Shown here one piece after another: positions 28,582-38,327 of a DNA stretch of 63,431 nucleotides. The position numbers and the translations under genes are program-made. Below the pieces are notes generated by a model. That model made no database searches. It had not been told where the DNA came from and worked only from the letters and a program-made list of their open reading frames with translations. How positions within the stretch are numbered: the stretch's first letter is position 1; each line of letters opens with the position of its first letter. The stretch is from an uncultured Verrucomicrobia subdivision 3 bacterium. Lineage in GTDB: Bacteria; Verrucomicrobiota; Verrucomicrobiia; Limisphaerales; UBA11358. Location of the stretch: assembly GCA_903911825.1 (NCBI GenBank), contig CAIWFB010000050.1:1-63431 (forward strand). The letters run 5' to 3'.

Positions 28582-30594
28582 GTGATGATACAAAATTTAA
28601 AACTATTGGTAACATTGGCTGCGCTGGCTTTAGTTGCCGCTCCATTGGCTGCCGTTGAGCGAAGTCCGTTCGCCAAAATTGAGCCACTGGCGTTGAGTGA
28701 AGCTCGTTGGACGGAGGGTTTTTTTGCCGACCGCTTTGAACTGTGTCGCACACAGATGGTGCCGAGCATGATGGCCCTGATGCAGGGCACGAATTACACG
28801 CAGTTCTTTCGTAACTTTGAGATCGCGGCGGGATTGCAAACGGGGCGGGCGCGCGGAGCTTCGTTTAATGATGGTGATTTCTATAAGTTTCTCGAAGGCG
28901 CAAGTGCGACGCTCGCGGTGACGAATGACGCGGTGCTACAAAGAACGCTGGATGAAATTATCGCGGTCATGGCTAAAGCGCAGTGGACAAACGGTTATCT
29001 CGATACTTGGGTGCAATTAAATATGCGTAACACGAATTCTACCGTGGCGCCGTTCCGCGATCGGAATAATTGGGAGGTTTACAATTTGGGTCAGTTGTTG
29101 ACGGCAGCGAGCGTGCATTATCGAGTCACGGGCAAAACCAATTTTCTCACCATCGCGCGTGCTGCAGCGGATTATTTGGATGACGTTTTCCAAAAGCCGA
29201 CGCCGGAACTGGCTTTGCACGATATGTGTCCATCGTATCTCATGGGTCTCGTGGAATTATATCGAGCCACGCATGAGCCGCGCTATCTGGCGCTGGCGCG
29301 ACGGATGATGGCGATGCGCGATTTGATCAAGGATGGCGTGGCGGACAATCAGGAGCGGTTGCCTTTTGTTAAGCAGACTGAGGCGGAAGGCCAAGCGGTG
29401 CGCGCTAATTATCTGTATGCGGGCGCGGCAGATTTGTTTTTAGAAACGGGCGAGACAAATTTGTGGAAACCGCTGGCTCAACTCTGGACCAATGTGGTCA
29501 CCAAAAAAATGTATCTCACTGGCGGTTGCGGTGCGCTTTATGATGGTGCGGCCCCGGACGGCGCAAAATATCAAACGGGAATTACCCGGGTGCACCAGTC
29601 TTACGGAAGAAATTTTCAACTCCCCAACACCACGGCGCACAACGAGACGTGTGCGAATATCGGCAACACGCTTTGGAACTGGCGGATGTTTCTAGCCACG
29701 GGTGAGGCGAAGTTCATGGATGTGGTGGAATTGGAGTTTTACAACTCCGTGCTTTCCGGTGTGGCGCTGGATGGCACGAATTTTTTTTATACGAACCCGT
29801 TGCGCGTGACCGATCCGATGCCGATGGAACTGCGTTGGGCGCGCACGCGCGTGCCGTTTGTGAGTTCGTTTTGTTGTCCGCCGAATCTGGTGCGCACGAT
29901 CGCGGAATCGGCTTGCTATGCTTACGGAAAATCGACTGATGCCATCTGGGTGAATCTTTACGGTGGTAGTTCACTGGCGACGGAACTGGCCGGTGAAAAA
30001 ATCAAACTCGCTCAGGAAACGGATTACCCGTGGAGCGGACGCGTGCGGATAAAAATTGAGGCAAGTGGTAAAAAAGAATTCGCGCTGAAGCTGCGGATTC
30101 CCGGTTGGGCGACGGGGGCGACAGTTCGAGTGAATAATCGTCCCTCTAAATCAGCGGTAGTGGAAAGCTATTTTGAAATACCCCGCCAATGGAAAGCTGG
30201 CGACGTGGTGGATTTGGATCTGCCGCTACCGGTGCGGGTGATGGAGGCGAATCCACTGGTGGAGGAAACATTGAATCAGGTCGCGTTCCAGCGCGGGCCG
30301 GTGGTGTATTGCTTGGAATCACCGGACTTGCCGCCGGGTGTGAAAATTTCTGATGTGTTGATTCCGGCGGGGATTAAGTTGAGTGCGCGCTATGACCGGC
30401 GGTTGTTAGGTGGCGTGGTGGCGCTCGAAGGGTCGGCACTCGTGCGAGTTGACGAAAACTGGAATGGTCGGCTGTATCGCGAACTTCAGCCGGAGCCATT
30501 AAAATCCATCCCGGTGAAATTCATTCCGTATGCCCTTTGGCAAAATCGTGGGCCGTCGGAGATGTCGGTGTGGTTACCGCTGGTTGGTCGGTAA
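28582..30594 (+). CDS. GH127 glycosidase (aceric-acid-hydrolase-like branch), secreted
   Basis: Zn/Cys motifs HNETCANIG and FCCPPN; DGDFYKFLE; HQSYGR..QLPN; TDYPW; LRIPGW; RGPVVYCLE. Confidence 0.88.
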   Translation: MMIQNLKLLVTLAALALVAAPLAAVERSPFAKIEPLALSEARWTEGFFADRFELCRTQMVPSMMALMQGTNYTQFFRNFEIAAGLQTGRARGASFNDGDFYKFLEGASATLAVTNDAVLQRTLDEIIAVMAKAQWTNGYLDTWVQLNMRNTNSTVAPFRDRNNWEVYNLGQLLTAASVHYRVTGKTNFLTIARAAADYLDDVFQKPTPELALHDMCPSYLMGLVELYRATHEPRYLALARRMMAMRDLIKDGVADNQERLPFVKQTEAEGQAVRANYLYAGAADLFLETGETNLWKPLAQLWTNVVTKKMYLTGGCGALYDGAAPDGAKYQTGITRVHQSYGRNFQLPNTTAHNETCANIGNTLWNWRMFLATGEAKFMDVVELEFYNSVLSGVALDGTNFFYTNPLRVTDPMPMELRWARTRVPFVSSFCCPPNLVRTIAESACYAYGKSTDAIWVNLYGGSSLATELAGEKIKLAQETDYPWSGRVRIKIEASGKKEFALKLRIPGWATGATVRVNNRPSKSAVVESYFEIPRQWKAGDVVDLDLPLPVRVMEANPLVEETLNQVAFQRGPVVYCLESPDLPPGVKISDVLIPAGIKLSARYDRRLLGGVVALEGSALVRVDENWNGRLYRELQPEPLKSIPVKFIPYALWQNRGPSEMSVWLPLVGR

Positions 30595-30677
30595 ATTAGC
30601 CGCGCAATTTTCTCAAATCATTTCGCAGAAATTAGCAATCAGAACGTGTCGCTGCCATGGTATCTTTGGCGTATTCC

Positions 30678-33482
30678 ATGAAATCATTTTGCCGTTATCT
30701 TCGTTGGCTTGGCTGCTTAGGTTTGGCGACCGGCTGTGTTGGCGCAGGTGAACTCAAGGTGGACATCAATCGGGATAGCAAGAATTTGGATAACGCTACG
30801 GAAGTCAATTATACCAAGTGGAGTGCGGATGCTTCTGGCGGCGCCACGACGGGCACGAATGCTGCAACTAAGGTTTTCACGACGGCTTCTAATGAAACTG
30901 TTAGCATCAGCTTTTCACAGACCGCTGCTTCCGCCAGTCGCGGCGGCACGGGATTATTGAGCGGTTGGTATCAGATCGGCGCGCAAGGCACGGCCAAACT
31001 TGTTTCTGATGGCTTTAGTGTGGCCCCCGCTGCGCTGGCTACGGGAGGAGAAATTCAGATGACGATCACGGGGCTTTTCCCCGGCCATCACACGCTGCTG
31101 ACTTATCACAATCAATGGGACGCAACCAACAATGGCGGTGTGCCGACCTTTTCGGGGCCGCTGGATATTTTTCTGAATGGCACGCAGATGGTGGACAATC
31201 TTCAGCCTACGATTCGCGCCGTGAACAATGTCGCTGCTCCGGTGGCGTATCTTGAATTTGATGTCGCTAGCACCAATGATGTCACCACGATTATTTTCGC
31301 GGCGGAGACGAATACTGTCAGCCCTGTCACTATTAAAAATCCGATGATCAATGGGTTTGAAATAGATACGCCCAATTCCACGCGCGTCGCCAACACGCCG
31401 AGTCCAGCCGACGGCGATGAGCACGTTAATGCTGATTCTGACAGCGCCATTTTAAGTTGGTCCGCAGCCACGGCCAGCAATGCGGTTTCGCACACGGTTT
31501 ATTTTGGCACGAATTTAGCGGCCGTGAAAAATGCGACGCCGGTTTCCGCTGAATTCAAAACGAATCAAATCGGCACAAATTACTCCGTCACGGGTTTAAA
31601 AAGTTTGCTGACGTATTACTGGCGCGTGGATGAAATTGATTCAGTGGGCAACGCCACCAAGGGAACGGTCTGGATGTTTCGTCCGCGTCATCTGGCGTTT
31701 CCAGGCGCGGAAGGCTACGGCCGATTTGCGCGCGGCGGGCGCGGCGGCGTGGTGATTGAAGTGACGAACACGAATGACAGCGGGCCCGGCAGTTTGCGTG
31801 ATGCGCTGACAAATAATTACGGCCCGCGCACCGTCGTTTTCGCGGTGTCGGGACTGATCACGTTGGAATCCGATTTGATCATCAGCCAATTCAATCCCTA
31901 CATCACGCTGGCGGGCCAGACTGCGCCGGGTAAAGGAATTTGCACGCGCAAATATCAACTTGGCATCAGCGGGGGGCGCGACCTCATCGTGCGACACGTT
32001 CGTTCGCGGCCGGGCAATATTTCTGGCACGACATTGAACGGCTCCGGCATGAGCGGCAGCGACCATTGCATCATGGATCATATTTCCATCAGCTGGGGTA
32101 TTGATGAGGAATTGAGCACTCGCACTTCCAAGAATATCACGTTCCAGCGCTCGCTCATTTCTGAGGCGCTGAACATTGCAGGCCATCAAAATTATCCAGC
32201 CGGCACGGCGCACGGTTACGCGGCGAGCGTGGGCGGCGACGTGGCCAGCTTGCATCATAATCTGCTCGCGCATAACGAAGGTCGTAACTGGAGCCTGGCG
32301 GGCGGACTGGATGCGGCGGCAAATTTCGCGGGGCGTCTCGATATTTTCAATAACGTCGTTTACAACTGGGGCCATCGCACGACCGACGGCGGCGCGATGC
32401 AGGTCAACTTCGTCGCCAACTACTACAAGCCCGGCGCGGCCTCGACTTTTTTCTACGCGCTGAACGCGCAATACGACAATTTCCCCGGCACGCAGCAATA
32501 TTTTTTCACGAACAACGTCATGCCGGGGCATTTCGGATTGTCGAATCAATCCGTCGGGCGCGAAGCCACTCCGGGCACCGGCAGCGTGCCGACGAATTAT
32601 CCCGTCTGGGTGGGCTCACCGTTTTTTCCGTCCTATGCCACGATCGATACTGCCACGAACGCCTACAAACTCGTGCTCTCGGATGTTGGCTGCAATCAGC
32701 CGCTGATCGACGACCACGATGCGCGCGTGATTCGTGAAACGATTGATGGCACCTACACCTATACCGGCACTGGGCCGTATGGCGGCTCGCCCGGTTTGCC
32801 GAATTCGCAGGACGATGTTGGCGGCTGGGAAAATTATCCTGCGGTGCAGCGTCCCGCCGGCTGGGACAGCGACCATGATGGCTTGCCTGATTGGTGGGAA
32901 CTGGCGAAAGGCCTGAACCCCAATTCACCGCCTGGAGATTTTTCCGACAGCAACGGCGATCCCGACGGCGATGAATTCACGAACCTCGAAGATTACTTGA
33001 ACTGGCTCGCGGCGATTCACATCGACGGCACCCGGAACACGAATGTTGATTTGGATCTGACGCAGTTCACGCGCGGTTTCACCAACAACTCGCCGGTGTA
33101 TTTCGTTTCCAATCCGACGAACGGCACGGTGGCGCTCATCGGTGGAAAAGTGGCGCGCTTCACGCCCACGGCCAATTTCTATGGCCTCGGCAGCTTCCAA
33201 TTCAAAGTGACCGACGCGCAAGGCGCATCCGTGACGAACATTGTGGGCGTTCACGTGCGAGCCTTGCCGATCTCACAGTTGAGTTTGCTGCTGACGAACG
33301 GCGCGCCACAACTGCGCCTGACTGGCGAATCGGGAATGTATTATCTCATGCAGTCTTCGGATGATTTGAAAACTTGGATGACTTGGACGAACGCCACGGT
33401 GGCAGCTTCTGCGAAAATTTTCGCGCCACCCGGATTTCCGAATCCACAAGCACGCTTTTATCGGGCAATCTCAGTGCAATGA
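30678..33482 (+). CDS. Multidomain PL1 pectate lyase (N-terminal beta domain, FN3-like, PL1, cadherin/Ig-like, C-terminal sorting-like domain)
   Basis: YYWRVDE; AFPGAEGYGRFARGGRGG; catalytic part closely similar to 11702..13114; PTNGTV...FTP..NF.G..SF.F.VTD; C-terminal Y..QSS.DL..W...FYRA. Confidence 0.9.
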   Translation: MKSFCRYLRWLGCLGLATGCVGAGELKVDINRDSKNLDNATEVNYTKWSADASGGATTGTNAATKVFTTASNETVSISFSQTAASASRGGTGLLSGWYQIGAQGTAKLVSDGFSVAPAALATGGEIQMTITGLFPGHHTLLTYHNQWDATNNGGVPTFSGPLDIFLNGTQMVDNLQPTIRAVNNVAAPVAYLEFDVASTNDVTTIIFAAETNTVSPVTIKNPMINGFEIDTPNSTRVANTPSPADGDEHVNADSDSAILSWSAATASNAVSHTVYFGTNLAAVKNATPVSAEFKTNQIGTNYSVTGLKSLLTYYWRVDEIDSVGNATKGTVWMFRPRHLAFPGAEGYGRFARGGRGGVVIEVTNTNDSGPGSLRDALTNNYGPRTVVFAVSGLITLESDLIISQFNPYITLAGQTAPGKGICTRKYQLGISGGRDLIVRHVRSRPGNISGTTLNGSGMSGSDHCIMDHISISWGIDEELSTRTSKNITFQRSLISEALNIAGHQNYPAGTAHGYAASVGGDVASLHHNLLAHNEGRNWSLAGGLDAAANFAGRLDIFNNVVYNWGHRTTDGGAMQVNFVANYYKPGAASTFFYALNAQYDNFPGTQQYFFTNNVMPGHFGLSNQSVGREATPGTGSVPTNYPVWVGSPFFPSYATIDTATNAYKLVLSDVGCNQPLIDDHDARVIRETIDGTYTYTGTGPYGGSPGLPNSQDDVGGWENYPAVQRPAGWDSDHDGLPDWWELAKGLNPNSPPGDFSDSNGDPDGDEFTNLEDYLNWLAAIHIDGTRNTNVDLDLTQFTRGFTNNSPVYFVSNPTNGTVALIGGKVARFTPTANFYGLGSFQFKVTDAQGASVTNIVGVHVRALPISQLSLLLTNGAPQLRLTGESGMYYLMQSSDDLKTWMTWTNATVAASAKIFAPPGFPNPQARFYRAISVQ

Positions 33483-34462
33483 AAGCCTTCACCCGCCAGT
33501 TCCATCGTGTGCTGCCAGTCATCGCGGCATTCGTCGTGCTGCTGTTTAATATTTCCTGCGCCACCAAAACTTCACCGAGTATGGCGTCGGCAAAATCCGT
33601 TTATCTGTTCACCTCGTTTCACGATGCCGACCAAAAATTTCTTCGTTTCCTCTACAGCTTTGACGGCTTTCACTGGACGAATGTGCCGGGAACTTTTCTC
33701 GCGGCGAACGTTGGTGTCAGTAAACAATTTCGTGATCCCAGCATCGTGCGCGGACCGGATGGAATCTTTCATCTCGTGTGGACGAGCGCATGGCACGGCG
33801 ATCAGGGTTTTGGCTACGCGAGGTCAAAGGATTTGATTCATTGGTCGGAACAGAAATTTATTCCGGTGATGACCAACGAGCCGACCACGGTGAATGTCTG
33901 GGCACCGGAAATTTTCTTTGACCACGGACAATTTATCATCGTCTGGGCCTCGACGATTCCCGGACGCTTTCCCGATGCGTTGGAGAAGTCTGATAACAAT
34001 CACCGTCTATATTACACGACGACCCGTGATTTCAAAACCTTGGCGCCCGCGAAATTATTTTTCGAGCCAGGCTTTAGTGTGATTGATGGTTTTGTTTTGA
34101 ATGACGCTGGGCGTTACGTTTTAGTTCACAAAGACAATACTCGGCCGATGCTGAATCTAAGGGTGGCTTTTGGTGATTCACCGATCGGTGCGTGGACGAA
34201 TGTTTCTGCCCCGTTCACGCAGAAATTCACCGAAGGCCCGTGCGCGCTGAAAGTGGGTGCCGACTGGTTGGTTTATTTCGACAGTTATCGCGAGAAAATT
34301 TACGGCGCGATGAAGACGCGCGATTTCAAAATTTTTACCGACGTGACGAAAGAAGTTTCGTTTCCACTGGACCATAAGCACGGCACGGCTTTCTCTGTGC
34401 CCCGTGAAATTCTTGATGACTTGCTGAAAAACTCGGTTTCGCTCACCTCAACCAATCTATGA
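33479..34462 (+). CDS. GH43-like beta-propeller glycosidase, probable lipoprotein
   Basis: Lipobox-like NISC; RDPSI, WAPE, VIDG and TEGP propeller motifs. ATG overlaps the upstream TGA. Confidence 0.88.
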   Translation: MKAFTRQFHRVLPVIAAFVVLLFNISCATKTSPSMASAKSVYLFTSFHDADQKFLRFLYSFDGFHWTNVPGTFLAANVGVSKQFRDPSIVRGPDGIFHLVWTSAWHGDQGFGYARSKDLIHWSEQKFIPVMTNEPTTVNVWAPEIFFDHGQFIIVWASTIPGRFPDALEKSDNNHRLYYTTTRDFKTLAPAKLFFEPGFSVIDGFVLNDAGRYVLVHKDNTRPMLNLRVAFGDSPIGAWTNVSAPFTQKFTEGPCALKVGADWLVYFDSYREKIYGAMKTRDFKIFTDVTKEVSFPLDHKHGTAFSVPREILDDLLKNSVSLTSTNL

Positions 34463-35112
34463 AAAAATATATTCTCATCACCGCGATTACGCTGCTGTCC
34501 ATCGCTGCCTTTGCGGCGGAAACCAACGCCACGCCCGAACAGGTGGAAGTGAATTACACCAAGGCCATCGAGGGGCGCACCACGGACATCTTGAAAATCC
34601 TGGCGCTAACCGAGGCTGATAAAACGGCCAAGGTTCATGACGCCATCATCACGCAGTATCGGGCTTTGAAGACTTGGCATGACGAAAATGATGTGAAGTT
34701 AAAAGTGTCCGCCAAGGATACGAATGCCGTGACCGCTATTCGCGCCACCCTCAAAACGATTCACAACAATTTCATCATGAAGCTGGCCGGGCAGTTGACG
34801 CCGGAACAAGTCGAGCAGGTGAAAGACAAGATGACTTACAACAAAGTCAAAGTGACCTACGATGCCTATTGCGACATCATTCCCACGCTGACGGACGCGC
34901 AGAAAACTCATATTCTAGCCACGCTGAAAGAAGCCCGCGAAGAAGCGATGGATGGCGGTAGCTCGGATGAGAAGTCTGCGATTTTCAAAAAATACAAAGG
35001 GCGCATCGCCAATTATCTTTCCAAAGAAGGCATCGATGAAACCAAAGCGCGGAAGGAATGGGGCGCCCAACAGAAAGCCAAAGCCGGTGGCCCAGCGGAA
35101 ACGAAACCCTGA
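34459..35112 (+). CDS. DUF3826-like secreted helical protein
   Basis: Signal peptide; LTPEQVEQVKDKMTY, AREEAMD, FKKYKGRIANYLS. Confidence 0.82.
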   Translation: MKKYILITAITLLSIAAFAAETNATPEQVEVNYTKAIEGRTTDILKILALTEADKTAKVHDAIITQYRALKTWHDENDVKLKVSAKDTNAVTAIRATLKTIHNNFIMKLAGQLTPEQVEQVKDKMTYNKVKVTYDAYCDIIPTLTDAQKTHILATLKEAREEAMDGGSSDEKSAIFKKYKGRIANYLSKEGIDETKARKEWGAQQKAKAGGPAETKP

Positions 35113-35124
35113 TAATTTATTTAC

Positions 35125-35883
35125 ATGAACTCAGCATTTAATTTAAGTGGTCAAACTGCATTGATCACCGGCGGCGGCACGGGGCTTGGTCTTGGCATGG
35201 CCAAATGTCTGGTGGCTTCGGGTGCAAAGGTGATTCTGGTTGGTCGCCGCGCGGAGGAATTGAATCAAGCAGCAACATCACTGGGAAAAAATGCTATTGC
35301 ACTGGTAGGGGATGTGACGAAGCTGGAAACCATTCCCAATCTTGTCGTGCAGGCTGAGCATCTTGCCGGACCGATTTCAATTCTCATCAACAACGCTGGA
35401 ATCCATCTCAAGAAAGATGCGGTGGAGACCAGTGACGCAGAATTTGCTGCCGTGATGCAGACGCACGTCTTCGGGGCCTTCGCGCTCACGCGGGAAGTGG
35501 CGCGGGGAATGACCGCGCGCGGGAATGGTTCGATTCTGTTCACGGCTTCGATGGCCTCGCTATTTGGCATCAACAAAGTTGTCGCTTATTCAGCAGCGAA
35601 GTCGGCTTACGTCGGTTTGGTTCGCACGCTGGCGGTGGAATTTGGAGCCAGCGGCGTGCGCGTGAATGCCATCGCGCCTGGCTGGATTCATTCTGAAATG
35701 TCGGCCAAGGCGCTCGCGGGTGATCCGGCTCGAAAGGCCAAAATTCTTGGGCGCACTCCTTTGAATCGTCTGGGTGAGGCTGATGATATTGGCTGGGCGG
35801 CGGTCTACCTGTGCAGTCCGGCGGGAAAATTTGTCACTGGCGTGGTGTTGCCGGTGGACGGCGGCGTTTCTATCGGTTTCTGA
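35125..35883 (+). CDS. SDR oxidoreductase (gluconate 5-dehydrogenase/KduD-like)
   Basis: TGGGTGLG, NNAG, YSAAK, VNAIAPG, VDGG. Confidence 0.92.
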   Translation: MNSAFNLSGQTALITGGGTGLGLGMAKCLVASGAKVILVGRRAEELNQAATSLGKNAIALVGDVTKLETIPNLVVQAEHLAGPISILINNAGIHLKKDAVETSDAEFAAVMQTHVFGAFALTREVARGMTARGNGSILFTASMASLFGINKVVAYSAAKSAYVGLVRTLAVEFGASGVRVNAIAPGWIHSEMSAKALAGDPARKAKILGRTPLNRLGEADDIGWAAVYLCSPAGKFVTGVVLPVDGGVSIGF

Positions 35884-35886
35884 TTT

Positions 35887-36969
35887 ATGAAAAAACTTGG
35901 TCTTGGCGTTCTGGGTTTGGGTGAAGGCCGGAGCATCATTTCCGGCGCGCTGAATAGCGAGCTGTGGAATGTCGTTCAACTGTGTGATTTAAACGAACAG
36001 CTCGGTCGCGAGCGCAGTCACGAATTCAGCCTGAACAATTTCACGACTTCGATGGATGCGTTGCTGGCGAATCCGGCCGTGGATGTCGTGGGCATTTACA
36101 CGCCGGACCATCTGCACGCGACGCACGTCATTCAGGCGTTGCGGGCGGGCAAACACGTCATCTGCACCAAACCATTTCTCAATGATCTGTCGCAGGCACG
36201 CGATGTTCTCGCTGCGCAAAAGCAAAGCGGTAAAGCTGTGATGGTCGGCCAAAGCTCGCGTTTCTTTGCGCCGTTCGCCCGCCAGCGGAAACATTTTGAG
36301 ACTGGTGCGTTCGGCGAGATCATCATGGTTGAAGCGTATTACAATGCCGACCATCGCTGGTTTTTGAAAAAGGGCTGGGCCAAGACCGATGCCTTCAAAT
36401 GGCTTTATGGTGGCTTGAGCCATCCCGTGGATCTTGTGCGCTGGTATCTGCCGGACATCGCGGAAGTCATGGGCTATTCCTCGTTGAGCAAGAACGGCCG
36501 CGACTTGGGTTTGAAGAACGACGATACGTTCCAATTCATCTACAAATCCGCCAGCGGTATCACGGCGCGCGTGAGCGGCACTTACAATAGCCCCGTGATC
36601 CCATTACAGCGCGACAGCAACATGAGTTGCATTCTCCGCTGTGCGAATGGCGCAAGTCAGGGCGACTATTACGATTTGCGTTACGCTTGGAAACTAGGTG
36701 AGCAATCCTGCGTCGAAACGTTTGAGGATAAAGACGATTATTATTTTCGTTTCGGCGGGCACTCTCATCACGCCGGTGAATATCAGAATTACATTGAATA
36801 CTTCGCGCGCTGTCTCGCTGCCGGAGAAACGCCCAAGCCGGATGTGCGCGAAGGCATCGTCACCGTCGCGCTCATGCAGGCGATGGAAGAATCCTGCGCC
36901 AGCGGTCAGCCGGTGAAAGTGAAAGACGTGCTCGCTCGTCAGGGCTTGGTGGAATTGCTCCAGCCGTGA
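35887..36969 (+). CDS. Gfo/Idh/MocA family oxidoreductase
   Basis: GVLGLGEG, TPDHLH, AGKHVICTKP, HPVDL. Confidence 0.9.
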   Translation: MKKLGLGVLGLGEGRSIISGALNSELWNVVQLCDLNEQLGRERSHEFSLNNFTTSMDALLANPAVDVVGIYTPDHLHATHVIQALRAGKHVICTKPFLNDLSQARDVLAAQKQSGKAVMVGQSSRFFAPFARQRKHFETGAFGEIIMVEAYYNADHRWFLKKGWAKTDAFKWLYGGLSHPVDLVRWYLPDIAEVMGYSSLSKNGRDLGLKNDDTFQFIYKSASGITARVSGTYNSPVIPLQRDSNMSCILRCANGASQGDYYDLRYAWKLGEQSCVETFEDKDDYYFRFGGHSHHAGEYQNYIEYFARCLAAGETPKPDVREGIVTVALMQAMEESCASGQPVKVKDVLARQGLVELLQP

Positions 36970-38324
36970 ACAAAACTTCCTACACTACGCGCTTCAGCTA
37001 TGCCGCGAGCGACGTCGCGGGGCAACTCGTTTTCACATTCATCATCGGTGGTTACTTGAGCAAATTCTTGACGGACATCTACGGCTTGTCCGCCATCACC
37101 TGCGGCACCATCATCGCGATTGCGCGGTGGATTGATGCGATTGATGCGCCTGTGTGGGGAATCATTTTTGATAAGACGCGCAGTCGTTGGGGCAAAAGTC
37201 GACCGTGGTTTCTCTGGCTGTGCGTGCCGTTTGCGACCTTCGGTGTGCTGACGTTTCAGGCGCCGGATTTGAGTCACACAGCCAAGGTCTGGTATGCCGC
37301 AGTCACCTACATCCTCTGCAATATCCTCTATACCGGCATTAACACACCCGTGACCTCGATCTTGTCCGGGCTTACGACAAATCCGCAGGAACGCGTGACG
37401 CTGACTTGTTTCCGGATGTTCGGCTCGAAACTTGGCGTGCTCATCGTCAACCTCACCGCGCTGAAAATGGTGGCTTGGTTGGGCGGCGGTGATGACCGCA
37501 AAGGCTTCATGCTGGCGCTGCCGATTTACGCCGTCGGTTCAATTTTCTTTTACTTGCTCGCGTTTCGGAATCTGAAGGAAGTCGTGCCGGTGGAGAAAAA
37601 ATCTGAACCCATCCTTGGCACTTTCCGGGCGTTGAAAGGAAATTGGCCGTGGTTCATCATCTTCAGCAGCAGCCTGCTGTTCTGGATTGGCTTCATCGCC
37701 CGTGTTTCCAGCGTGCCATATTATTTCCAATACGTTCTGCATCGCGAAGATCTCATTTGGCTCGCCTACAGTCTGGATTTCGTCTCGCTCGCCACCGCAT
37801 TCCTGTTGCCGTGGGTTTGCCGCTGGACTTCTAAACGCACCGCTTGGGCTTTGGGCTTGATCGGCATGGTCCTCGGGCAATTGATTCTCTATGCCGGTGT
37901 GAGTCAGGGTCACTCCATCAATCTGATCATGTTCGGCTGGACAGTGGGATTTCTCGCCAGCGGGATGGCCATGGCGATGCCGTTTTCAATTTTATCAGAC
38001 AGCGTGGACTACGGAGAATGGAAGACCGGTGTTCGCGCGGCTGGTTTATTGACTGCCGTTGGTGCCGCCTTTTGCCTGAAAGCGGGAGCTGGTCTCGGCG
38101 GCGCCATTCCACTTTGGATCATGGGCAACAGTGGCTATGTTCCGAACGCCCCACAAACTGTAGCCGCGCTGGGCGGTATCGAATTTGGTTTCCTCTGGTT
38201 GCCGGCGATTTGCCTGACGCTTAGTGCGCTCCCAGTTTTGTTCTACAAAAAGTTCGAGTTGCTCGAGCCGCAGATTCAGGCGGAGCTCAAAGCGCGTCGC
38301 GAAAAACTGGCGGCTCTAAACTGA
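36966..38324 (+). CDS. Glycoside-pentoside-hexuronide (GPH) family symporter
   Basis: RWIDAIDAPVWG, TRSRWGKSRPW, DSVDYGEWKTGVR; about 12 TM segments; GTG start. Confidence 0.92.
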   Translation: MNKTSYTTRFSYAASDVAGQLVFTFIIGGYLSKFLTDIYGLSAITCGTIIAIARWIDAIDAPVWGIIFDKTRSRWGKSRPWFLWLCVPFATFGVLTFQAPDLSHTAKVWYAAVTYILCNILYTGINTPVTSILSGLTTNPQERVTLTCFRMFGSKLGVLIVNLTALKMVAWLGGGDDRKGFMLALPIYAVGSIFFYLLAFRNLKEVVPVEKKSEPILGTFRALKGNWPWFIIFSSSLLFWIGFIARVSSVPYYFQYVLHREDLIWLAYSLDFVSLATAFLLPWVCRWTSKRTAWALGLIGMVLGQLILYAGVSQGHSINLIMFGWTVGFLASGMAMAMPFSILSDSVDYGEWKTGVRAAGLLTAVGAAFCLKAGAGLGGAIPLWIMGNSGYVPNAPQTVAALGGIEFGFLWLPAICLTLSALPVLFYKKFELLEPQIQAELKARREKLAALN

Positions 38325-38327
38325 GAC

